From Octopus sinensis (taxonomy: Eukaryota): a DNA stretch of 64,000 nt. Below are positions 1 through 12,431 of this stretch, piece by piece. Every line of letters starts with the position of its first letter. Position 1 is the stretch's first letter. The translations under genes were made by a program, and so were the position numbers. The stretch is taken from the NCBI RefSeq assembly GCF_006345805.1, contig NC_043024.1, forward strand, positions 12,152,001 to 12,216,000. The letters run 5' to 3'. The notes beneath the pieces are model-generated. The model saw only the letters and a program-made list of their open reading frames with translations. It had not been told where the DNA came from and did no database searches.

Positions 1-44
1 ACCCACCCAGGTGAAGAACGTACCCCCCCCCCCAGCATAAGCTA

Positions 45-2250
45 GTCATTAGTGACTTTCGAAGCCAGAAGGATACCTAGAAGCAGATCAATACCAAAAA
101 GAAAGACATGAAAGCTAAAGAACCCTTCAGAGATTTAGGGACATCCTCATCAAGAAATTTGAAGAGAGTGAGGAGGAGCTACAGACATCGGACATAGAGG
201 GTAGCTGGAAATTCCAACGGAACAGCTTGCTGAGTGCCACAGATCAAGTCTGTGGATGGTGCAAAGTCCCTTCTGGACCTAGAGTTACGTGGTGGTGGAA
301 TAGTATGGTAGACAAAACCATTAAAGCAAAGAAATAGACCTGGAAAGCATTGAAGGGTGGGGGTAACAGGGAACTGTACCAGGTACCCAAAAGGAATGCT
401 AGGCAGCAGGTATACATAGCCAAGGGTGAAGCAGAAAAGAAGTTTACCAATGTCCAACGATGTGAGGACCAAAGAACTGAGGTATTTCAGATTGCAAGAC
501 AGTGTATGAGAGAAAATTTGGATGTCACAGGATAGAAATGTGTCTGCATGGTTTATGGTGCACTTGCTTTTAATGATTCGGAAAAGGAAGAGTCTTGGAG
601 AAGCCATTATGAGAGACTGCTGAATGTGGAGAATGAATGGGAGGAGAAGAGATTGCCAAATGTTGACACAGTAGAGGGACCAGCTAGCCGAAGAGACAGC
701 TCCTTGGTATTTAAAGTGATTAAGGATATGAAGCCAAGAAAAGCCCCCAGCCCATCAGGAATCACCACTGAGATGCTTAAAAAATCTGTTGGTGTGGGCT
801 ATGGCCTAGTAACCCACATTGTAAACCAGGTGGTTCATGATGGAGTCAGAACCAATGACTGGAGTAACAGCACCATAGTCAACTGCTCTAGATAGAAATA
901 ACTACAGAGGTATCAAAATGCTGGATCAGGTGCTGAAGGTCACGGAGAGGGTCATAGCCCTTCTCATTAGAGAGAGAGTTTGCTTAGATGAGATGCAGTC
1001 AAGTTTTGTGCCAGGTAGAAGAACCAATGATGCCATATTCCTGGTTCGACAACAGCAGGAGAATTACCTAGCTAAAGATAAACCCCTCTACTTAGCTTTT
1101 GTGGACCGGGAGAAAGCCTTTCACTGGGTCCCCTGATCCCTTATCTGGTGGGTGATGCCGGAAGGAGATCGAGGAACGGTTAATAAGGGCTGTACAGGCC
1201 CTTCACAGAGAGGCCATTAGTAGGATTAGGATTTGCAATGAGTATAGTGAAGAATTCTGGGTAAAAGTAGGGGTCTACCAAGCTTCATCCTGCAGTCCCT
1301 TTTTATTCATCATAGTCCTCCAGACAATAACAGAGGAATTCAAGATGGGTTTCCCCTGGGAGCTCGGGTGTGGAAGCAAGGTTTAGAAACAAAAGGTCTT
1401 AGAGTCAATGTAACAAAGACCAAAGTTCTAGTAAGTAGGAAGGCGAACTCATCACACACAGCCTCAGGTAGGTATCCCTGCTCAATCTTTAGAAAAGGTG
1501 TAGGTAGAAACTCCATAAGGTGTACCCAGTGTAACCTATGGACATAGAAGAAGTGCAGCAACATCAAAGGAAAAATAACCGGAAGATAGCTTTCATGTGC
1601 AGTAGATGCTCAGGGGCAATAAACATCACAGATGCTCAGAAAACAGATCCACTCCCACTCCAGGGGAAAAAAATTGAAGTAGTTGATAGCTTCCACTACC
1701 TAGGTGACCAAGTTAGTAGTGGGGGTGGATGCTCAGAGAGTATTACCACTAGAATAAGAATAGCTTGGACAAAGTTTATAAAGCTTCGACCCCTACTGGT
1801 GACAAAGGGCCTCTTGCTCAGAGTGAAAGATATATTGTACGACGCATGTGTGTGAACTGCCATGCTTCACAGCAGTGAAATATGGGCTGTGACTGTGAAG
1901 GATATGCGTATGCTCGAAAGGAATAAAGCTAGCATGATCCGTTAGATGTGTAATGTCAGTGTGCACACAAGACAGAGTGTAAGCGCCCTGAGAGAAATGT
2001 TGGACATAAGAAGCATCGGATGTGATGCGAGAGAGATGTTTGTGCTGGTATGGCCATGTAATACGGAGGGATGAAGGAATCCAGAGTAGAGGTAGACCCA
2101 GGAAAATATGGGATGAGGTGGTCAAACATGACCTTCAAACGTTGGGCCTCACAGAGGCAATGACAAAAGACCAAGACCTCTAGATATATGCTATGACTGC
2201 AAAAAGTCGGCAAATAAAGTGATTTCATGGCTGCATCCTACACTAGTTTC
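45..2250 (+). mobile_element. Degenerate RTE-clade non-LTR retrotransposon (end of APE region through RT and C-terminus), many stops/frameshifts
   Basis: ORF fragments MLDQVLKVTERVIALLIRERVCLDEMQSSFVPGRRTNDAIFLVRQQQENYLAKDKPLYLAFVD and EVVDSFHYLGDQVSSGGGC are collinear with the younger copy at 33488-37230. Confidence 0.9.
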
Positions 2251-2277
2251 GCATAACCAGCCCCAGCCCATTCAAAA

Positions 2278-2405
2278 GTACCTTGGATCATAGGGCTACC
2301 TGCTGTGCTTAGCTTGGATCGTAGCGTGACATGCTGTGCTTACCTTGGATTGTAGGGCAACCTGCTTTAATTACCTTGGATCATAGGGCAACATGCTATG
2401 CTTGA
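2278..2405 (+). repeat. About four diverged ~30-bp tandem units (ccttggatc...) in RTE 3' region
   Basis: taccttggatcatagggc motif recurs at ~2279, 2312, 2341, 2372. Confidence 0.7.
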
Positions 2406-2780
2406 GGGGACCTATTCAATCATGTACATCAACATGAAAATTGTAGTTGTGATACCCGTGCCAGTGGCATGTAAAAAGCACCATCCAAACATGGCCAATG
2501 CCAGTGCCACCTTGACTGGCTTATGTGCCAGTGGTACATAAAAAGCACCAATGGATCATGGCCATTGCCAGCTTCCACTGGCCCCTGTGCCGGTTGCACG
2601 TGAAAAGTACCCACTACACTCATGGAGTGGTTGCCATTAGGAAGAGTATCCAGCTGTAAAATCATTGCCAGATCATAATGGAGCCTGGTGCAGCCTCCTG
2701 GCTTGCAAGACACAGGTTGAACTGTCCAACCCATACCAGCATGGAAAACGGACGTTAAACGATGATGATGCTGATGATGA

Positions 2781-2820
<40 letters not shown>

Positions 2821-2845
2821 TATATATATAAAGAACATATTGTGT

Positions 2846-3560
2846 ATACAATCTACCTTTCAGTCAGAGAAAGAAACCTTCCCTAGCCAACAGAGGCAAA
2901 AGCTCTCTGGATTTCATCCATCCTATTCTTATTCTAGCTAATACACTCTCTATACACCCTCCTCCACTGCTTATTTGGTCCCCTAAGTAGCAGAAATTAT
3001 CTACTACCTCTAATGTGCCACTAGGGCATTTGAGAGAATCAATTTCCTGAGTTTTTGTATTTTTATGGATCCTATACACCTTCCCTGAACAAACTCTACT
3101 TTATCTGATAACCTTCCTATTATTTCACTGCACCTCTTTTGTGTCCATAGCTTACAATGATGCATATATACAGACAGCATTTCTACATGGTGGTGAGACA
3201 TGGGCCCTGAATGCAGAGGACATGTGAATGTTAGAGAGCATTGATGTTAATATGCTCTTTTGGTTGTGCAATGTAAGTGTACATGTTCAACAGAGTGCTT
3301 GTAATTTGAGAGAGATGTCAGGCATAAGACGAATTAGATGCAGTGTGCAAGAGAGAAGACTGCACTGGTTTGGGCATGTGATGCAAATGGATGCCGACAG
3401 CTCCATAAAGAAGTGCTGATCTCTCAAAATAGATGGAACACACGAAAGTGGGAAATACAGGAAGACATAAGATGAAGTCCTGAAGGAGGTCAAACCTTTC
3501 AGATGAGAGGACAAAGAACCAAAACACCTGGCATAACGCTGTACTCAAGAGGAACCATAC
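2846..3560. mobile_element. 5'-truncated RTE copy with inverted 5' segment (2846-3156 minus, 3158-~3560 plus)
   Basis: Minus part ends ...LKGRLY; plus part starts DAYIQTAFLHGGETW, contiguous in the RTE ORF (KGRLY|DACVRTAMLHGSETW). Confidence 0.8.
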
Positions 3561-4233
3561 TCCACGTCAGAAATGTTAGGGCTGCTATCCTTGGCGAAGA
3601 GAATTGGTTAGCAAGAGTCCTGTGTCAGTGCCATGTAAGAAGCACTTGTGCCACTGCTATGTAAAAATGCTCATGTAGTGCCATGCAAGAGCACCCAGTA
3701 CACTTTGTAAAGTGGTTGGCACTAGGAAGTGTGTCCAGCCATAGATAACATGCCAAATCAGACTAATGTCTGATCAAACCAGCCAAGCCAAATCAGCGAG
3801 AAAAATGGACATTAAATGGTGATGAAGTTGATGAGGATTATATGATGCACATACATGGATACATACAAATGTGTATATATATTAACATACACACATAAAT
3901 ATGCATATGCAGAAATTGAAGGTTTTCTTTAATCACATCCAGCCATCTGATCTGGGGCATACCAGGGGCCTTTTCCAGCCTGTGCCTGCTGTGTTGTATA
4001 TTTTCATAATTACTCACACATAATATAGTATTTGAAGTGTCAATGATTACATAAACAACAGACATTACAGGCTAAAAGATATGGTCACCAGAGATCTGTG
4101 TGTTTGAAACCCCTACACTACCACCAAAAAAAAAAACAATGATGTTATTGTGAACAAAATGAACAATATTAGAAGTAAATGAATAGAGTGTTAAATATTT
4201 CTCTATAAAATAAATTTAAAACATTATGATTAC

Positions 4234-4341
4234 CTTTCTTTGAAATGTTCTTCTATACAATTCAAATCAGTGATGGAATTACCAAAAGGATTCCTGGGTT
4301 TGCCTTCAATCATATATTCGGTATATTCTGGAGACCATTCA
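4234..4341 (-). CDS. GCLC: GCLC-like gene B, coding exon 3 (EWSPEYTEYMIEGKPRNPFGNSITDLNCIEEHFKER)
   Basis: Matches GCLC WxPEYxxYMIEGxP motif; AG/GT boundaries; 108 nt, phase 2-2, same size as gene A exon 3. Confidence 0.9.
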
Positions 4342-5338
4342 CTTTAATATTTTTTTTTTAATGAGGAATTACATTTATTAAACTAGATAGCAGAAAATTT
4401 TCAAAAAATTAATTACAATGTTTTAATTGTTTTGGTTGGGGAGAAAGGTTATTCAAATTACAATTTTAAATAATTTGACTAAAAATTTAATTAATTATAA
4501 AACTTCTGATAATCTCACTCACACTATGCTTCTCAATCGCATACATACATACAGATAGATATACATTATCCAATGTGTTCTTTTTTCTCTCAAATAGATT
4601 AAAGAGTAATGTGAAGGTGAATTGGTAGTCAAAATGCTTAAGCCAACTTGCAGCAAGAATTTATCCCACTCAACTTCCGCTATGGAACGTGATGGCAATA
4701 ACAATGGCTGCAGGAAATTACACCACTCACAGCTCCTGTCCTTGCAGACACAAACATCTCATGCATCTCACACATGATTCAACTGCTAATATCACATCAC
4801 TTTTCTATCATCAGAGCTGCCATAATTCTATAATTACAGCTATGTGATTGCATCAGTCATTAAGCTAACAGTTGACGGGGTTTGAACTCACAATGTAACT
4901 TTTATTACCCCTGTCAGTTACGACGATGAGGGTTCCAATCAATCCGATCAACAGAACAGCATGCTCATGAAATTAATGTGTAAGTGGCTGAGCACTCCAC
5001 AGACATGCATAGCCTTAGTGTAGTTTGCAGGGAGATTCAGCGTGACACAGAATTTTAAAAGGCAGTCTTTTGAAATACACATACAATACATTTTTGCCAG
5101 CTGAGTGGACTGGAGCAATGTAAAATAAAGTGTCTTGCTCAAGGACACAACATACCACTGGGAATGGAACTCATGAGACAGAAAAGAGAAACAAGTTCTA
5201 CTAATGGAAACTAAAGCACACATCTATCTCTTACTTCCTTTCACTTTTTCTCTTCTTTCTCTCCCCAAATTCTTGTTTATTAATGACTTTAATTATCACC
5301 CAAAATTATGTAAAATTTGTTCACTTAATTACACTCAC

Positions 5339-5445
5339 CTTGATTCAATTGCTTTTACTTCAGAAGATTCAAGTAAAGTTGTAGAAGTCAAAAGTAACTG
5401 GACAATTCGTTTTTCATGGTCAAATTGTAACATTGTATATTCGAT
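5339..5445 (-). CDS. GCLC: GCLC-like gene B, coding exon 2 (IEYTMLQFDHEKRIVQLLLTSTTLLESSEVKAIES)
   Basis: Matches GCLC VEYMLVxFDHExKxVxL; ttttttag acceptor, gtgagt donor; 107 nt, phase 0-2. Confidence 0.9.
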
Positions 5446-6628
5446 CTAAAAAAAAGTCAGAATAGTTATTTATGAGAATCATATAAATAACAGAAACAGA
5501 TGTTAACAAAATAATAAACAGCACATTGTCATCTTTGTATTCTGATATGAGCTATTTTCCTTTGATTCTATTATTTCAGTTTAAAAAAATTTTGTACTCC
5601 CATCAAGATGGTAAGGAACCAGAAATAAAAGAGGCCCCAAGAAACTCCTTAGTTTGTAGTGAATTTCAAAAGTAAAGGGGACAAAATATTTAATGAGAAA
5701 CTGCTCTAAAAATTATGAATGATTAATACAAGATTTAAAAGAATTTCCTTAGATTTTATTCTTTAAGTTTTAATAATTTTCTTTAGAATTTACTCTCAAC
5801 AAAATGACAAAGGAACCAAAATTAAAACAAGCCCCAAGCAACACCTTAGTTTGTTGTGAATTCCAAAAGAAAATGGGATAAAATGAGAAACTGTTCTAAA
5901 ATTCATAATTCTTAATCAATACAAGATTTAAAAGAATTGAGATTAAATCCAGGGTCATTTTAGTGGCATTATTAACATCTAAGCAAATCAATACCCTGGA
6001 CCCTATAGGATTTATTTATTGACAGAAAACAACGGCATTCATAGATCAGAAATGGGGCATGAGACCCATAAGTAACTCAGGGGCAAATATCTAGTATGCT
6101 CATACCTGCATATGACATTAGTTATATCTGTCAGGGAATGAAGAAGATAGGGTGTTCCATATAAAATATGTTTGAGGAAAGAAATTATTAGAGTAGAAAT
6201 TCCAATGAGAATGCGGGACAACAGTGAAAGAATGAGAATGAATAGAAAAATGAGTCCCTTGATTAGGGATCTTAACAATGTGAGAAATTCACTGTAGGAC
6301 ATCATGAAGGAGAGAAAGAACATTAGCAGAGGCACCAACCCAGATGCGGTAACAGTATTACATAAGAAACTTATAAAGATGAAAAATATCCATCTATTCA
6401 TCCATCTATTTCTGACAAGCTTCTTTCAGTTTCCATTTCCCAAATCCAACTGTTGAACAACCCGAGGCTTTTGTAAAAGACACAGTGCTGCACTGTAGGA
6501 GTAGAAAGAAATCTTCTTAACCACACAGCTACACATATGCTTATTGATGTTGATTAAAAACAATCATGTGCATTTGCTTCATTGATTTAAACTCTCCTTT
6601 CAATCTTTGCCTGTTTCTTCTATCACAC

Positions 6629-7725
6629 GTGACACACGGGATGTATTTCCCTGGGGCTCTTGCATCATATATTATAAACATTCCTATTTTTCTTTTCAAC
6701 CATGAAAGTAACTTGGGACCTATGAAACAAAAGCATTATACTAGCTCTGGTTGTATAAAACAAGGGTTAACTAAATAGCTGAAAACAAGCATGGACTTTT
6801 AGGGCTAACATATGAAAATGCTTTGGAGTGGTAAAAAGTTAAGGGGTGCAACAGTGACCAGATGGTGTGGATTTCGATTTTACTGGTCAGCCCCAAATCC
6901 AACCACAATTGTTTTTAATCCTTGTGTGATACACAGGACATATTTCTCTGGTCTTTGTACATCACATATGATGCACAAGATAAATGCTTCTCAACCACCA
7001 AAGTAACTTAGGACTTATGAAAACTTTACATTACTCAACATATGAAACAGGGGTTAACTAAAAGCTTGAAAAAAAATGGACGTTTCAGACAAACTTATGA
7101 AAATGCTTTGGATAGGAAAAGGGTTAGGAGGTACAACAGTGATCTGAGGGCATGGTTTCCATTCTTACTGGTTGATCCAGAATCCAACCATGATCATTTT
7201 TAACCCTTTTCCTATGCTGTATATCACATGTTATACACAAGATATATTTCCCTGGTATCTATGCATCACATCTGATACACCTTCCAAATTTTTTCAACAA
7301 CCAGAGTAACTTGGGACTTAAGAAATAAAAGCTTTTTATTACTCAGAATGTATGAAACAAAAAGTTAACTAAAAATCTGAAAACAAGGATGGGCGTTTAG
7401 GATAAAGTTATGAAGATGGTTTGGACAGGCAAAATGTTAAGACACACACAAAACACGTTTACATATGCTCAAGAATTTAGTAAAATATCTCTAGTTATTT
7501 GGTTATCTATTGGGGTTATCTAGTTATTTGCCTGTCCTGTGTATCAACGTGTGATACACAGGAAATATTTCCTTGGTGTCTATATATCATATATGATACA
7601 CATTCTCAGGTTTTTTTTTTCAACCATCAAAATAACTTGGTATCTATGAAAGGAAAGCTTTATGTTACTTAAAACGTACGAACCAAGGATTAATGAAAAT
7701 GCTTTAGACAATTAAAGGGTTAAGC
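6629..7725. repeat. Four diverged ~200-300-bp related units, possibly piggyBac-like MITE remnants
   Basis: tgtgatacacaggatatatttccctgg...gtaacttgggac...atgaaaatgctttgga...gggttaa recurs at ~6629, 6924, 7230, 7550. Confidence 0.55.
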
Positions 7726-7859
7726 ATTGTTGTAACGAAAGTTCTGTCCATTTTTTAAAGTAAATGTCTTAGATTTATAGGTTTTTAATTTCTTGGTTCT
7801 ATTTGAAATGTAATGAAATCATTAACATATCATTTTCTTTCATTGTCTTCTATCTGATA

Positions 7860-8500
7860 ACAGAATTGAAGTTGTTGTCTTGGCCCCCATGTTTGCTCCA
7901 CGCAAAGAACATATTTGTTACGTTAATCTTAATGGATTTCAAAAAATGAATAATATAAGTGTAGCAGCAAAATCAATCCAAAACTCTGATGCTAATGGCA
8001 TTGTGACTGAAATAGCATGCAGAAGATGGTTGTCAGTATTCAGAAATAGGGACTGCAGCCTGCAAGATGAATTAAGAGAAGGGCTCCCAAGTCGGTTGGA
8101 TCTTGATGCATTGTTGCAGTAAACCCAACTTTTACAGTTTTGAGAACTAAGCACAGCTTCAACATGAGCCATACCTCCACCATTTATCATGAATTGGAAA
8201 GGCTGGGTAAAGTGACAAATGTTGGAAAATGGATCCTACATGATCTCTCCGCAAACAATTGCAAACAACGTGTTGACTGTTGTGCATCATTGTGATCTCA
8301 TGAGCTGCAGATGCATTTTTTTAATAGAGTCATCACTGGAGATGAAAAATGGATGTTTTACCATAATATTAAGCATAAATGTTAATGATTCAGTTGTTGT
8401 GATGAGCTACCTCAGAAACCCAGAAGTGGCCTGCAACCAAGGAAGATTCTTCTGAGTGTATGGTGCAATACATGTGAAATAATTCATAATCAAACAATAA
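7860..8500 (+). mobile_element. Degenerate mariner transposase fragment
   Basis: VTEIACRRWLSVFRNRDCSLQDELREGLPS resembles the mariner HTH (W..RF..GD..L.D..R.GRP); a later segment resembles IVTGDEKW. Confidence 0.7.
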
Positions 8501-8519
8501 CAGCTGATGCATACTGCCA

Positions 8520-9150
8520 ACAGTTACAGTTACAGTTACAGTTCCAGTGGCTTCTCTTCTGCCTGTTCATCGAGGTTGCTCCCTGCATACAACTGTTCAG
8601 TGTACTCTTTCCATCTTTTCCTGATCCCTTCTTGGTCATGCAGTTCTTCACCATTTCTCCCTCAGATGGTTGCTTGTCTGGCCATGAAAGCTGTACGGGT
8701 CTTCTTTACATGTTGGTAAAGTTCTCTCATGTTCCCTTTCCTGTATGCCTCCTCTGCCCTTGCACATTCCTCATTTCAGTATTTCTCTTTGTCCTTCCCG
8801 GTGGCCTGTTGGAACATTGCATTCAGGCGCCGCACTTCATCCCTGCTTCTCGTCATCTTTGCTCTCCTTCTTTCTTCTGCTATTGCAATAGTCTTCTCCG
8901 AAATCCACTTTGCTGATCGTATGGGTTTCTTGTGCAGTACATGTTTCTCTGCTGTTTCAATGACAATTTCCTTCACCTTTTCCCATATTTCTTCTGCTTC
9001 TTGATTCTCTTCGATGGCGAGCAGTTCAAAGTGGTTTCTGATCTCAGTGGCATATGATGGACCGATATTGCTGGTATCAAATTTCTGGCAAGCAGGTGGT
9101 CGCTTGACACTGCAGAGTCGCATCTTGATCTTGGCAACCAGAAGTTCATG
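8520..9150 (-). mobile_element. RTE (BovB-like) LINE fragment, region between APE and RT
   Basis: IRNHFELLAIEENQEAEEIWEKVKEIVIETAEKH...KWISEKTIAIAEERRRAK...RLNAMFQQ. Confidence 0.7.
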
Positions 9151-9681
9151 ATTGTAAGGTCCTGAGCTCAATTCCCAGCAATGCGTTGTGTCCTTGAGCA
9201 AGACATTTTGTTTCACGTTGCTCCAGTCCACTCAGCTGGCATAAATAAGTAATACCTGTATTTCAAAGGGCCAGCTTTGTCACATTCTGTGTCGTGTTGA
9301 ATCTCCCTGAGATCCACATTAAGGGTACACATGGCTGTGGAGTGCTCAGCCCCTTGCACGTTAATTTCATGAGCAGGCTGTTCCTTTGGTTGGATCAAGT
9401 GGAACCCTCATCAACATAACTGACAGGGTGCCAGTTAGTTACACATGAATGACGTTACAGTTATAATGGCGGACAGAGGTGGCTAATATTGCTCTAAGAG
9501 AATATGAGGTGGTGAATTTATGTAAAATCGACAAGTTCTCTTCACTTTCTCTGTCACTGTCACTCTGTCTGTTTATCTGCCACACACTCTCTCTCTCCCT
9601 CTCTCACTCCCTCTCTCTCTCCCTCTCTCACTCCCTCTCATCCCTTCTCATGTGTAACTTATTATAGTAACTTAATATTAC

Positions 9682-9831
9682 CTCATCGCCCCAGTAAAAT
9701 GGACAGTTCTTCAGGTCCTTATATTTCTTATACTGATGAACAAACTGCATTCTTGCTTGATTCTTGACATGTGGAATATAGTGTTTAATCTCCTCCCATG
9801 TCATTAGGGTACCATCAGTAAGGAAAACCAT
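9682..9831 (-). CDS. GCLC: GCLC-like gene B, first coding exon (MVFLTDGTLMTWEEIKHYIPHVKNQARMQFVHQYKKYKDLKNCPFYWGDE)
   Basis: Matches GCLC N-terminus (G..LSWEE...HV...G..QF.......WGDE); 150 nt; GT donor at 9681-9680; upstream acceptor ttctatttgcag at 9904 implies a 5' UTR exon. Confidence 0.92.
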
Positions 9832-10599
9832 TTTAAATCTGATTGTTAAACTATGTTTTAAACCAGTTTTTCTTTGATAGACTCTCTTTCTGTTAAGTAA
9901 GAACTGCAAATAGAAATAAAACACAAAGTGAAGGTTTCACGTGCAAGACATTTTGATACAATGTAAATATATAAGCAGACATTGCTTAAATTATTCAATA
10001 TGTCACAAAAATACAAAATACAAAATATTGGTCTTCTTCCAGCTTATTTAAAGCAGGCAAATGTCTTCTACACTAGCTCTGGACCAACCAAAGCTTTTTG
10101 AATGGATTTGGTTGAATGAAACTGAAAGAAACTTGTTGTACACACACACACACACATACATACATGCATATAGATAGATGGATATAGATATACATACATA
10201 GAGAGAGAAGTTATGAGAGGTAATGGTGTAAAACCCAAAGGTGTCAGGTAATGGGCTGACTAAGTGCTATGGATAGACCATAGTTAAGCTCCACATTCGA
10301 TGATTATGCAAATAAGGAGTCCAATGGAGTCATATATCAGCATGTGCATATATAAATATTGTTTTTTCTAGAATGAGATAAAAAAAAACAAGGCTGTGCA
10401 GATTTTAGAACATCTATAAATAGAAGGTCTTGCAGCTGTTTCCAGGATATTTATTAAATCCCTTCATCACAGACAGTGTGAGTAAATTGTTAAGCAATTG
10501 TTAATTTAGATAAGATATGAAATACAGAGTGAAGTGGGGGAATGAAAATAGATATGAAATATGCAGGGATATTGTGTTTGAAGACCCATTATTTAAGCC

Positions 10600-11670
10600 G
10601 AATGATATACATATAAAATTCCAATACCTTGTGAGTAAAATACAATAATATCTAAAATTGGCCATTCCAATGCAAAGTGAAAATATTTGCTGATGACACT
10701 AAACTCCAGCAAATCGTCAATGAAGAAGCAGACCGAACTCAACTCCAGTCTCATCTATATGCTGTGAGTCAATGGGCAGACAGAAACAAAATGCAACTGA
10801 AGGAGGGAAAATTTGAGCTGATGCATTTTGGAAGAAATTCCTCACTAAAACAGCCATACTCTCTTCCTTCAGGGGAACCGCTCACAGCCTCTAACAATAT
10901 TAGAGACCTGGGTGTAATTGTTGATGACAATCTCAGTTGGAGTGCACACATCAACAAGAAGGTCGATATAGCTCATAGGATGAGTTCCTGGATCTTAAGA
11001 ACTTTCCGGTCCAGAGAACAAGGTGTCATCATACCACTTTTCTCCTTCTTTGTACGGCCACACCTCGAATACTGCTGCCCACTCTGGTCTCCCCATACAT
11101 GACAAAACATCTCGAGGATTAAATCACCCCGGAGGGCACTCACTAAACGAATTGAAGGCATGGCTGCTCTCGATTATTGGGATTGCCTTAAAGCCTTGAA
11201 ACTCTACTCTCTCCAGCGTCGCCATGAGCGGTACATCATTTGTACGATGTGGAGAATATACCGCCAACCTTGCCCAAACAACCTGAACATTAGCTTCAAG
11301 GTTCATCCAAGACTGGGACCACGGGCCATACGTCCCCTGCCCAATTCAAGATCACAGTATACATGTACACTGCAACATAATTTCTTTTCCTCAACAGGCC
11401 CTGCCCTATTTAACATTGTCCCGAAAGAGATCAAAGAGGAAAAGGATCCCATAAACTTTAAACGGGGTCTGGATAGATTCCTTCAAGGAATACCAGATAA
11501 GCTACCCATAATTGGATACAACTCACCCAACAAAAACTCACTACTTGAATGGACCATAAACAAAACTTGACTTAAACAGGATTCAAACAATTCTATCGGG
11601 TGGTGCTATTAAGTTAGACATGGCCTGGACCAATCATTGGTCGAACATATCTAAGTTTATCTAAGTTTAT
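10600..11670 (+). mobile_element. 5'-truncated CR1/L2-like LINE, RT C-terminus and 3' tail
   Basis: KIFADDTKL, ELMHFG, IRDLGVIVDDNLSWSAHI, VRPHLEYCCPLWSP, LKLYSLQRR; one TGA at 11100-11102; tandem ctaagtttat tail. Confidence 0.88.
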
Positions 11671-11691
11671 ATGTATATATATATATAATAT

Positions 11692-11723
<32 letters not shown>

Positions 11724-11729
11724 GATATG

Positions 11730-11764
<35 letters not shown>

Positions 11765-11784
11765 ATGTATATATATACATATAG

Positions 11785-11881
<97 letters not shown>

Positions 11882-11892
11882 GTATATATATC

Positions 11893-11950
<58 letters not shown>

Positions 11951-12199
11951 TATATATGTATTATATATATATATATATATATGTATAATATATATGTATA
12001 TATATATATATATATAGTCTATATATATATATATATGTATATATATGATATTATATATGTATGTATATATATATAATGTATATATATATATATGTATGTA
12101 TATATATAATATGTATATATATATATTATATGTATTATATATGTATAATATATATATATATGTATGTATACTATATATGTATGTATAATATATATATGT

Positions 12200-12247
<48 letters not shown>

Positions 12248-12280
12248 TATGTATTATATATATATAATATATATATATAT
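11670..12280. repeat. Long compound (TA)n microsatellite
   Basis: Directly visible; produces spurious YIYI ORFs. Confidence 0.95.
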
Positions 12281-12341
12281 AAAACATTATTGGTGAATTG
12301 AAGAAATGGAGCTGAACGCAGATTGAACAGAAATCGTTTTA

Positions 12342-12431
12342 TTTCATTCTACACGTGTTTCGAAAGGCACAAATTACCAAAATCCGATTGAATAATGGGA
12401 CCATATTGTGTCTTTCTCTTCAGGAAGAAAA
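12342..12431 (-). ncRNA. Type I hammerhead ribozyme in inverted pLTR
   Basis: Minus strand TTTTCTTC-CTGAAGA-GAAAGACACAA...TTGTGCCTTTC-GAAAC-ACGT-GTA-GAATGAAA: core intact, stems I-III, GUA cleavage triplet. Confidence 0.8.

Noticed and set aside
11667-12267. Numerous [12 protein letters not shown] ORFs here and at 16119-17149, 18969-19620, 25406-25802, 38518-39574
   Set aside because: Translations of TA/CA microsatellites, not genes
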